Positions 54,785-62,841 of a stretch of DNA of 64,000 nucleotides are shown here, piece after piece. The DNA is from Candidatus Saccharimonadales bacterium (GTDB lineage: Bacteria > Patescibacteriota > Microgenomatia > Levybacterales > UBA12049), in assembly GCA_035479415.1 (NCBI GenBank), contig DATIIS010000051.1, positions 19,138 through 83,137 of the forward strand. The letters are read 5' to 3'. The notes under the pieces were generated by a model that saw only the letters and a program-made list of their open reading frames with translations, was not told where the DNA came from and made no database searches. The position numbers and the translations under genes were made by a program. Within the stretch, counting starts at the first letter, position 1, and every line of letters starts with the position of its first letter.

Positions 54785-55833
54785 CTATTCTTATTCTTCT
54801 CTCTCAACTTATAATAACTCATTTTGGTACTCCCGTATTTCTTTAAAAGTTTCTTTGATACGAGTGATGAGAGAAGTGAATGAGCTTGTTGACGAGTTAC
54901 TTCAAAAGCTTTTTCAATATCTGAGGTTTTGATAGCTTTTTTATTGATGACAATTTGCAATACTTCTTCCTCCCTTGGTGTAACAAGAACTCTTTTATCT
55001 CCTTCAATACGGTCCAGATGATGCCTTTTTAACTCATCAATACGACCAATTGCTCCCTGTAAGGAAGTCGCAATTCCTTCAAGAAAATATTCAATCCATG
55101 ACGTTTTATCTCCACTATCTGCACTGTGAAGAACATCTGAGTAGAGATGTCTATCAATATCATAGTAGTCATCAATAACAAAATATTTAGAAACTTCATA
55201 ATGTTCAGTCAGAAGAAAATATGTAGTTAAAATACGGCCCATTCTTCCATTACCATCAAAAAAGGGATGGATGTAGGCAAACTGATGGTGAAAAATTGCT
55301 GCTTTGATAAGTGGATGCATTTCTTTTTCTTCAGCAAGCCAAGTATAGAGATCATTAAGTGCCTTTTTTATTTCGGTATCTGTATGAAATGGTGGATTGT
55401 GTTTAACAACGACCTCAAGTTCAGTTTTGTGTCCGACAAAAACAGGTCCGTTTCTCACTTTTCCCAAGTCTTCTCTTTCAATTCCTTTCATAAGAGTTTT
55501 ATGAAGCTTTTCAGTAAGTTCAACAGTGATAGGTGTATGCTCTCTTGCTAAATCAGGAAGTTGAGTAATAATTTCAAAGTAGTTTTTAACTTCTTTTTCA
55601 GATTTGGTCGTCGGGACTTGGTCGCCAAGAACGACATTGGTCACATCTTGTGGAGAAAGAGGATTGCCTTCAATACTTGTTGAATAATGTGTTGCAAGAA
55701 TCTGATTTTCCTGTGAAAGTCGAAGTGTTAGTGAAGGGATAAGCTTTTGTGATTGTAATTTTCCATACAAACGCTCAATACTAGAGAGTATGTTCAGAAT
55801 TCGGAAGTTAAGGCTAAATTGAGGCGTGAACAT
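54781..55833 (-). CDS. fic: Fic family protein (AMPylase-type, with N-terminal Fic_N and C-terminal winged helix)
   Basis: 350 aa. Active-site HPFFDGNGRMGR and N-terminal STSIEGN ([ST]xxxE[GN]). Confidence 0.85.
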   Translation of the reverse strand: MFTPQFSLNFRILNILSSIERLYGKLQSQKLIPSLTLRLSQENQILATHYSTSIEGNPLSPQDVTNVVLGDQVPTTKSEKEVKNYFEIITQLPDLAREHTPITVELTEKLHKTLMKGIEREDLGKVRNGPVFVGHKTELEVVVKHNPPFHTDTEIKKALNDLYTWLAEEKEMHPLIKAAIFHHQFAYIHPFFDGNGRMGRILTTYFLLTEHYEVSKYFVIDDYYDIDRHLYSDVLHSADSGDKTSWIEYFLEGIATSLQGAIGRIDELKRHHLDRIEGDKRVLVTPREEEVLQIVINKKAIKTSDIEKAFEVTRQQAHSLLSSLVSKKLLKKYGSTKMSYYKLREKNKNS

Positions 55834-55839
55834 ATATTT

Positions 55840-55867
55840 ATTATAACAATTTAGTATCTTTTGTCAA
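55840..55867 (-). promoter_or_regulatory. promoter TTGACA-16-(TGT)TATAAT, 6 nt before the fic ATG
   Basis: The reverse complement of 55862-55867 is TTGACA and of 55840-55845 is TATAAT. Confidence 0.65.
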
Positions 55868-56036
55868 TATATTTGTAAATACTATTGTAAATATTTTAAA
55901 TTAATTATTTACTTTTTAAGTATATCACTTAGGTTTTAAAACGAAATGCCTTACTTTTAAGTGATCCACACTTTTTTCTTTTGAAATAAACCACATTGTT
56001 CCTATCGAATGTGGCTGAGTATTATACTCATCTTTA

Positions 56037-56065
56037 TTGACAAATTAAAGCAAGAGTAGTATAAA
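56037..56065 (+). promoter_or_regulatory. promoter TTGACA-17-TATAAA, 15 nt before ATG 56081
   Basis: TTGACA at 56037-56042 and TATAAA at 56060-56065. Confidence 0.65.
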
Positions 56066-56080
56066 TTCCTTTTATACTTT

Positions 56081-56425
56081 ATGCCACTGCGAACAGAAAT
56101 AAAAGGTAAAGTAATGGAAGTCAGGATTGTAACCGATAGCCTGAAAAATGTCCCAGGACTTCAGCAGACAGAGCTTTTAAGAACAAAAGGTGGACAAGAA
56201 CTGCAATTAGGAATAGCTACTTCTGTTAATAAGGGAAGTACCGCTCCTGAAAGTACTCTTTTAGGAAACAAACAAGCAATAGGTGTAATTGTAGTAGAAA
56301 GCTTTCAAATAACACACGATCTTTCCCAACGAAATGCTAATGAGAGTACTCCGGCAGCTACCTGTGGTGCATCTTGTATCTGTCCTCCTCCTCCTTCTCC
56401 TAATTGTCAATCAAAGAATTGTTGA
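56081..56425 (+). CDS. 114-aa hypothetical protein with Cys/Pro-rich C-terminal tail
   Basis: The ORF follows a consensus promoter. The tail is STPAATCGASCICPPPPSPNCQSKNC, with 5 Cys in the last 22 residues. Confidence 0.5.
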   Translation: MPLRTEIKGKVMEVRIVTDSLKNVPGLQQTELLRTKGGQELQLGIATSVNKGSTAPESTLLGNKQAIGVIVVESFQITHDLSQRNANESTPAATCGASCICPPPPSPNCQSKNC

Positions 56426-56428
56426 GTG

Positions 56429-56758
56429 CTATTTTTTGGGTTGTTTTTTTCTTCTCTCAATTTTTCGAAGCGTGTACATAATTCTTTGATCAAGATTTAT
56501 GTTTTTAATTCGTGCAAATCTGATGATCGCCACAAGAATATCTCCCAACTCTTGTTTGTATGTCTCATCTTGCTGAGCAGATATATTGGTGGGTTTTCTC
56601 CCATGTTTGGCGAGATAGGCTCGTGCCATCTCTCCTACTTCTTCAACAAGACTAAGAATCAGAATCGACCCGAACTCTTCGTCATTTTTTCTTGCGCCGT
56701 CAATCTCATCGAGCTTTTTAAAATATTTTCCAAATGGTGAAATTTGTCTTCGTGACAT
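56429..56758 (-). CDS. MazG-like nucleotide pyrophosphohydrolase domain protein
   Basis: 109 aa, all-alpha. LSLVEEVGEMARAY and ELGDILVAII form the EExxE / D metal-binding pattern. Confidence 0.6.
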   Translation of the reverse strand: MSRRQISPFGKYFKKLDEIDGARKNDEEFGSILILSLVEEVGEMARAYLAKHGRKPTNISAQQDETYKQELGDILVAIIRFARIKNINLDQRIMYTLRKIERRKKQPKK

Positions 56759-56874
56759 ACTATTTCTTTACGTTATTAATTACCATGAGTCTACACTGTC
56801 TTATTACGCATGTCAATTCCGCCTTGCCTGGAAATTTTTTTGTCATTCCTGTATACTGACATCAGGAACGATTT

Positions 56875-57714
56875 ATGAAAACTTCAATTAGTCTGTTTCT
56901 CAGCGACATTCTACCTCATAGAAGAAAAATATATCACAAGATCGTCAAAAATAAGATATTTAAAAACCAAACTACTGAAGATGTTTTTAAGCACCTCAAA
57001 AGAATTGGACTTGATGGATTTGAGCTTCTTCTTCCACAATATATAGATACAACTGATGCTGATATTATTGAAGTAAAAAGGCTCATACGCAAATCAAAAT
57101 TTCCGGTGTTTAGTGTTCATCAATCAATTAAATTAATGACAACTACCAAACTTGAGGAAATTGCCAGGCTATGTGAAATTGCACAGATGGTGAATGCTCA
57201 AATAGTAGTTCTGCATATTAATTCAGCAAAAAAACAGGTATTTGATGAAAAATATGTTGCAGCGCTTCATAAGCTAGAAGATAATTACAATATAAAAGTT
57301 ACCTTTGAAAATATGGAACGCCATATTCAGTCTTATTTCCATGCGCATAGATGGCATGCTGATAAATTTACAGATTTGATTGAAAAGATGAATTTTCATA
57401 TAACGTTTGATATTGTTCATCTTGCTCACTCAGGTGGAGATATCATTACCTTCTTTGAAAATAATAAAAAGCGAATTCTCAATGTCCATCTAAGTGATTA
57501 TAAAAAACACATTTTGAATACGACACTTCGACCGCTAAGGTACAAACATATGCCTTTAGGAGATGGCGAATTGCCTATAGAGAACTTTATTACTATGTTA
57601 AAACAACGAAAGTATCCAGGTTTTCTCACTCTTGAGTTACATTCGGATATAAATGGTGTTGAAAAAAGTATTTCGCTTGTTAATCAGTTTGTTTCCACAC
57701 CGAAAAACAGTTAG
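56875..57714 (+). CDS. sugar phosphate isomerase/epimerase (xylose isomerase-like TIM barrel)
   Basis: 279 aa. GLDGFELL, IVVLHINS, FENMER, FDIVHLAHSG, VHLSDY and PLGDGELP are present. Confidence 0.65.
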   Translation: MKTSISLFLSDILPHRRKIYHKIVKNKIFKNQTTEDVFKHLKRIGLDGFELLLPQYIDTTDADIIEVKRLIRKSKFPVFSVHQSIKLMTTTKLEEIARLCEIAQMVNAQIVVLHINSAKKQVFDEKYVAALHKLEDNYNIKVTFENMERHIQSYFHAHRWHADKFTDLIEKMNFHITFDIVHLAHSGGDIITFFENNKKRILNVHLSDYKKHILNTTLRPLRYKHMPLGDGELPIENFITMLKQRKYPGFLTLELHSDINGVEKSISLVNQFVSTPKNS

Positions 57715-57791
57715 AACTAGATTTTATATTCCAACCAAAACTATAGGTTTTGATTATTGCTATTTTCTAGCGTAAATGGTATGATAAATGT

Positions 57792-57812
57792 ACCGCGAGG
57801 AGCGGTTTTTTT
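57792..57812 (+). terminator. short hairpin plus T7 tract immediately upstream of the typA start
   Basis: ACCGC-GAGGA-GCGGT followed by TTTTTTT. It could end the 56875 transcript or act as a typA leader attenuator. Confidence 0.4.
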
Positions 57813-57817
57813 ATTTT

Positions 57818-59632
57818 ATGAATATTCGAAATGTAGGTATTATTGCACACGTTGATCATGGTAAGACAACTCTCGTTGATGCATTGCTACGTCAATCCAA
57901 AACTAAACTTAACAAAGAAGTTGCTGAGTCTAATTTGATTATGGACAGCAACGAACTGGAGCGAGAGCGTGGTATCACGATCTTTTCTAAAAATGCATCT
58001 GTGATGTTCCAAGATACTAAAATCAATATTATTGACACTCCAGGTCATGCTGACTTTGGTGGTGAAGTTGAACGTGTCCTCACAATGGCTGATGGATGTT
58101 TACTTCTTGTTGATGCAAAAGAAGGTCCAATGCCACAGACAAGATTTGTTCTTAAAAAAGCACTTGAGAAGAAATTAAAAATTATCGTCGTTGTTAACAA
58201 AATTGATAAGCCTGATGCTCGCATTCATCATGTCCTTGATAAGACGCTTGATTTGTTTATCGAACTTGGAGCTGATGATGATACTGCAGATTTTCCTGTT
58301 GTGTATGCTTCTGCAAAAGAAGGAAAAGCAGGACTTGAGGCTGACTTGTCTGCAATGACAGATGTCTCACCTATTTTTGAAGCCATTCTCAAACATATCC
58401 CTGAACCAAGTGGCGATCCAGCAAAACCGCTTCAGATGCTTATGACTACACTTAGTCGTGATGATTATAAGGGGCGTATCGCTATTGGTCGTGTATACAA
58501 TGGTGTTGCCAAACAAAGTCAGGAAGTTATGCACATCAACAGAAATGGTGATATGAAAAAATATCGTCTGACTTCTCTTATGACATTTGAAGGATTGGAT
58601 AGAGTTGACGCAGTTGAGATTTCAGCAGGAGATATCGTGGCTGTGAGTGGAATTCCAGATATCTCAATTGGTGAAACAATTGCTGATGTTAATGATCCAA
58701 TTGCTCTTCCTGTTCTTGCGATTGAAGAACCGACAGTCAAAATGACATTTAGTGTCAATGACTCCCCTTTCGCTGGCCAAGAAGGAGAATTCAAGACTTC
58801 TCGTCAAATCCGTGAGCGCCTGATGAAAGAACTCGAAACAGATACTGCACTTCGAGTCGAAGATACAACTGATGGGAAATGGATGGTTTCAGGTCGTGGC
58901 GAACTGCATCTCGCAATTCTTATTGAGCGAATGCGACGTGAAGGCTATGAATTCCAAGTAAGCCGACCCCAAGTTATTCTTAAAGAAATTGATGGCAAAA
59001 AAGTAGCGCCATTTGAGAGAGTATTTCTTGAAGCACCACAAGATTATTCTGGAATTATTATGCAAAAAATGGGAGCAAGAAAAGCAGTACTTGAAGATAT
59101 GACTACTGATGATAAAGGAATCGTCTTTTTTGAATTCATAATGCCGACAAGTGCGCTTTTCGGATATCGAAGTGAATTTATTACAGATACTCGAGGACTC
59201 GGAATTATCAATACAAATTTTGAAAGGTTTGATGTCGATACAGGGGAACCGATCAAACGTGAGCGTGGTTCACTTATCGCTAGTGAAAATGGTCAATCCA
59301 ATTTGTATGGTCTTACCAACATTCAGGATCGAGGAACTCTTTTTATTGGTCCAGGAGTCAATGTCTACAAAGGACAAGTTGTTGGAGAAAATTCTCGCGG
59401 TGAAGATATGACTGTCAACGTAACCAAAGCCAAACAGCTATCCAATATGCGTTCAAAAGGAGATGGCTCAATGGAACACTTCAACGTCCCTCATGTGATG
59501 GATCTTGAGGACTCTCTAGAATTTGTAAATGATGATGAATTGGTAGAAGTAACACCTAAAAATGTGAGAATCCGTAAAAAGATTCTTGATGAAGCCCTCG
59601 CACGTCGGATGAAATCACAGGGATTACTCTAA
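57818..59632 (+). CDS. typA: translational GTPase TypA/BipA
   Basis: MNIRNVGIIAHVDHGKTTL, DTPGHADFGGEVER and NKIDKP, with full-length EF-G-like architecture. The alternative ATG 57788 would add 10 aa. Confidence 0.92.
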   Translation: MNIRNVGIIAHVDHGKTTLVDALLRQSKTKLNKEVAESNLIMDSNELERERGITIFSKNASVMFQDTKINIIDTPGHADFGGEVERVLTMADGCLLLVDAKEGPMPQTRFVLKKALEKKLKIIVVVNKIDKPDARIHHVLDKTLDLFIELGADDDTADFPVVYASAKEGKAGLEADLSAMTDVSPIFEAILKHIPEPSGDPAKPLQMLMTTLSRDDYKGRIAIGRVYNGVAKQSQEVMHINRNGDMKKYRLTSLMTFEGLDRVDAVEISAGDIVAVSGIPDISIGETIADVNDPIALPVLAIEEPTVKMTFSVNDSPFAGQEGEFKTSRQIRERLMKELETDTALRVEDTTDGKWMVSGRGELHLAILIERMRREGYEFQVSRPQVILKEIDGKKVAPFERVFLEAPQDYSGIIMQKMGARKAVLEDMTTDDKGIVFFEFIMPTSALFGYRSEFITDTRGLGIINTNFERFDVDTGEPIKRERGSLIASENGQSNLYGLTNIQDRGTLFIGPGVNVYKGQVVGENSRGEDMTVNVTKAKQLSNMRSKGDGSMEHFNVPHVMDLEDSLEFVNDDELVEVTPKNVRIRKKILDEALARRMKSQGLL

Positions 59633-59637
59633 TCCTC

Positions 59638-60312
59638 TTAGGCTGCTTTTTCTATCACTAGTACGCTTTCTGTTGGGTCGCCTTCATTAGCAAATTTCTT
59701 ACCGAAACGAGAATGAGGATCCGCATAACCCATCTCTCCAGTGACTGTTACTGGTTGTCCATGTTTTAATTTTGCTATTAGAGTCTCCTCAGCTTGGCTT
59801 TCTGACCTGTCACCATTCTGTGGAGCTAGAGCAAATAATACTTTTCCTGGTTCTCCACCGTCCATACGGATTAGTACTCCAGTTACTTGAGCTTCTGATC
59901 TTCCTTCAATTAGTGGTACATTATCTGTAGTCAGGCTTCGGTGTCTTCCGCGTACTATAGTAGCCTCACCGGCGGGGATAGTAATCCTAATAGCGCTTGT
60001 ATTGATATATGTTTGAGGATGTGAAACAGCATCTACATAATCAATAGGCCTTGCACCTGTAGGTGATGGTGCAACTGTCTGTAATGCTGTTCCCTCAGTA
60101 CCTGATGAGCATGCAATCGATGGGACGCTTCCTGCTATTAGTGCTCCTGCCAATGGTAGAATTGGAGCTGCTTTTTTCCATCTGCTTGGTACTCTTGTTG
60201 CATCGACAGCTGCACTTGCAGGCTCACCTTGTGCTGCTGCGTTTGCTGCGGCTTGTGCCGAAGTGTCGATATTTCTTCTGCGAATAATTTGTCTAAAAGC
60301 TTCTGCGCTCAT
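59638..60312 (-). CDS. lipoprotein-like orphan protein, paralog A
   Basis: 224 aa. A polar N-extension precedes a hydrophobic segment ending SIAC (lipobox-like). The C-terminal end GDPTESVLVIEKAA resembles that of paralog B. Confidence 0.55.
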   Translation of the reverse strand: MSAEAFRQIIRRRNIDTSAQAAANAAAQGEPASAAVDATRVPSRWKKAAPILPLAGALIAGSVPSIACSSGTEGTALQTVAPSPTGARPIDYVDAVSHPQTYINTSAIRITIPAGEATIVRGRHRSLTTDNVPLIEGRSEAQVTGVLIRMDGGEPGKVLFALAPQNGDRSESQAEETLIAKLKHGQPVTVTGEMGYADPHSRFGKKFANEGDPTESVLVIEKAA

Positions 60313-60355
60313 AATTCTATAAAGGTATTATAAAGTTTTGAGGTAATTTGTCAAC

Positions 60356-60994
60356 TCATGCTTTTCCTGCTCCTGAAACATCGAAAACATATGCTTCTGG
60401 ATCTCCTGCTTCTTTAAGCCGAGCAACTTCTGTCGGATTAGTAGCTTTTTCAACTTTAGCAATGACTCTCATCGGCAGATGATCTGTTGCTCCTCTATAC
60501 ACTACCGAGGCAAATACACCTTGTAACTCATTAATTTTTCCTTTTGAGTCTTGGTCTGGAACAATCACACCCATCCCTGCTGTATTACAGCGATTGGCAA
60601 CTCCTGCATATAGGCCGATTAGTTGTAATCTATGATTCTTATTATCTACGAGAGGGACTTCATAAGCTGCATGCTCTGAGTCTGGTGCTAGCTGAATTTG
60701 TTTGGTGGGATGAATTGTTATCATGACTCTCACACCTTCCCTAAATATAGAGCCACTGTGTTTGATTGCCTGGTCGAGTGTCGATACCGTTAATTTGTCT
60801 GGATTAGTAGATAATCCTTAGTATGTACCTGTCTCATTACAAGATCTAGGTTATGAGCTTGAGGCTGCAGCCGAGCAACCTGCTGCAAGGAGACTAGCAG
60901 TAAGAACAACGGGAACGGCGGCCTTGGATTTTGTGGTTATCCAGCTTCTCTCCTTTACTGATGCTCTGTTGTGAAATCGATCAAGAATTTGCAT
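60356..60994 (-). pseudogene. lipoprotein-like paralog B interrupted by two in-frame TAA codons
   Basis: A single frame reads MQILDRFHNRASVKERSWITTKSKAAVPVVLTASLLAAGCSAAASSS* (TAA 60853-60851), then PRSCNETGTY* (TAA 60820-60818), then GLSTNPDKL..VRVMITIHPTK..GDPEAYVFDVSGAGKA*. The ORF track reports only the last 125 aa. Confidence 0.55.
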
Positions 60995-61052
60995 ACATTA
61001 TTTATCTAGATATGATTCTTATGAAAGAATGAAATCTCAATGGTTACTTTAA

Positions 61053-61637
61053 TTATGGTATAGCTTTCTTTACTACAAGCGCTGCCTTATTAACTCCCTC
61101 TATTCCCGTTGTTACTGTATAGACACCGATAACTTCTAAATTTCCTTCTGCATCATCTAATTCAACTTTTTGTATTGCACCTGGATTTACATATGTAGGA
61201 ACTGATCGTAGATGATTATTTGGGCCGGAAAATATACTGCCTGCATATCCGTCTACTGTGGTTGTAGCGCCTGTATCTCCATTTGTGGATTCAACTACTT
61301 GTTTTGGATCGCCTGAAACAATCATACTCCCTTGTGCATGTTCTACTTTAACAGGTGTGCCTATCCTAATGCCTTTTTCAGCCGCTGTTACAAATGCTGC
61401 CGGATTCTTAAAGATGAGTATATGAGGAGGTTTATGATCAGGATTTGGAGCGGGTTCCCCACTGGTTGCGGCACCTGAGCAGCCAGCAGCTGCCAACACT
61501 GGAGCCAACAGTAGCGCTCCTACTCTTGATCGTCTGGGCCTTGTGTCTTGTCGGCCATCTATATTGAGTGGAGAAACTGATGATCTTTGGGCTTCTCTGA
61601 TTCTTTGTGATGCAAGTGCTTCAAGTTGTCGGCTCAT
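61053..61637 (-). CDS. lipoprotein-like orphan protein, paralog C
   Basis: 194 aa. RPRRSRVGALLLAPVLAAAGC is an Arg-rich n-region plus lipobox. Same architecture as paralogs A and B. Confidence 0.55.
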   Translation of the reverse strand: MSRQLEALASQRIREAQRSSVSPLNIDGRQDTRPRRSRVGALLLAPVLAAAGCSGAATSGEPAPNPDHKPPHILIFKNPAAFVTAAEKGIRIGTPVKVEHAQGSMIVSGDPKQVVESTNGDTGATTTVDGYAGSIFSGPNNHLRSVPTYVNPGAIQKVELDDAEGNLEVIGVYTVTTGIEGVNKAALVVKKAIP

Positions 61638-61686
61638 AATTGTAAAAGAGTATACTTCGATAATTGTGAGAAGTCAAATAAGATTA

Positions 61687-62313
61687 TTATTTGTCAGGGC
61701 AAAGTTCTTTGAGGGGGCAATCGTCACATGCGTGTGGACGAGCAGGACAATATTCACGGCCAAAATAGGTCAAATAATGTCCAAAATATCTCCACTGATC
61801 CTTAGGGACAATCTCCATCAGATCTTGTTCAATCTTCACTGGATCTTTCTGTGTGGTCAGGCCAAGTTTGTTTGACAATCGTATGACATGAGTATCAACA
61901 ACTATCCCGTAAGATTTACCAAATGCGTCACCCAGCACTACATTGGCTGTCTTTCTTGCGACTCCTGGCAGCGCATCTAGCTCTTCCATTGTTTGTGGAA
62001 CTTCTCCATTGTACTTCTCCATGATCATCTGCGCTGCAGCCTTTATATTCTTTGCTTTATTTGAATGAAAATTGACCTTTTTTATCAATTCACTGATATC
62101 TTCAACTTGTGCATCAGCCATTGCTTTAATTGTCGGAAATTTTTTAAATAAATCAGGTGTTAGAGTGTTTACCAATTTATCAGTGGTTTGTGCTGCCATC
62201 ATTGTTGCGACAAGAAGTTGCCAAGCATTCTCATGATTGAGTGCTGTTTTGGGATTTGGATATAACTTGGAGAGTCTTTTTATAAGTTCCTTAACTTTTT
62301 CTTCTCGTGTCAT
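61687..62313 (-). CDS. nth: endonuclease III
   Basis: 208 aa. HhH-GPD LPGVARKTANVVLGDAFG and the 4Fe-4S cluster C-x6-C-x2-C-x5-C (CPARPHACDDCPLKELC). Confidence 0.9.
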   Translation of the reverse strand: MTREEKVKELIKRLSKLYPNPKTALNHENAWQLLVATMMAAQTTDKLVNTLTPDLFKKFPTIKAMADAQVEDISELIKKVNFHSNKAKNIKAAAQMIMEKYNGEVPQTMEELDALPGVARKTANVVLGDAFGKSYGIVVDTHVIRLSNKLGLTTQKDPVKIEQDLMEIVPKDQWRYFGHYLTYFGREYCPARPHACDDCPLKELCPDK

Positions 62314-62383
62314 AACTTTATTATAACAGACATAGGCAACATTTCTTACAAGAAAATGAGATTTAAATTATTAAAATAAATAT

Positions 62384-62785
62384 ATGTTAAAAGATGCACA
62401 CGTAATGGTTACCTATTCTATAAGTGACATAGAAAAGGCTAAGCATTTTTATTCTGAAATTCTCGGCCTTGAAGTCACTTCCCTTGGAGAAAATATGCTT
62501 TCACTTAACGTTAAGGGTAGCACTGTCGCGATGTATTTGAAAAAAAATCATACACCTGCTACGTATACAATTTTGAATTTTACTGTTGATGATGTTAAAA
62601 AGACCATGAATGAACTTAAAGAAAAAGGTGTCGAATTCATTCATTACAAGCCAGAAGAAATTTCAGAGGTAAGTCCAGATAAAATGAAAATTGATGATGA
62701 TGGAATGGCTGATTTTGGTGGGTCATTTAAAATAGCTTTCTTTAACGATCCAGCAGGAAACAACCTCGCAATTCTACAAATGTAA
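62384..62785 (+). CDS. VOC (glyoxalase) family protein
   Basis: 133 aa. KAKHFYSEILGLEV and FNDPAGNNLAILQ are present. Confidence 0.65.
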   Translation: MLKDAHVMVTYSISDIEKAKHFYSEILGLEVTSLGENMLSLNVKGSTVAMYLKKNHTPATYTILNFTVDDVKKTMNELKEKGVEFIHYKPEEISEVSPDKMKIDDDGMADFGGSFKIAFFNDPAGNNLAILQM

Positions 62786-62841
62786 TAGTACTTCATTTTC
62801 ATACTTGCATTTCCTAAATGATATTTGTATAGTTAATTATT

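Noticed and set aside
56426-56740. 104-aa plus-strand ORF overlapping the MazG-like gene.
   Set aside because: The minus-strand product has the MazG EExxE/helical pattern. The plus-strand translation is low-complexity Phe/Ser/Leu with no start context.
4964-61637. Calling the orphan genes (4964, 14381, 17683, 52953, 59638-61637) horizontally acquired islands because they look more GC-rich (42-49% in 100-nt samples) than neighbours (~30%).
   Set aside because: Hand counts of core genes gave similar values (typA ~41%, PBP1A ~47%). The low-GC samples were membrane proteins, so the contrast reflects protein composition. It is not usable evidence for HGT.
56081-61637. Homology between the 114-aa Cys-tail protein and the C-domains of the lipoprotein triplet (shared ..VP..LQL.G..GVIV.. 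strings).
   Set aside because: The matches are short and gapped, and only by eye. They are not enough to claim paralogy without a profile comparison.
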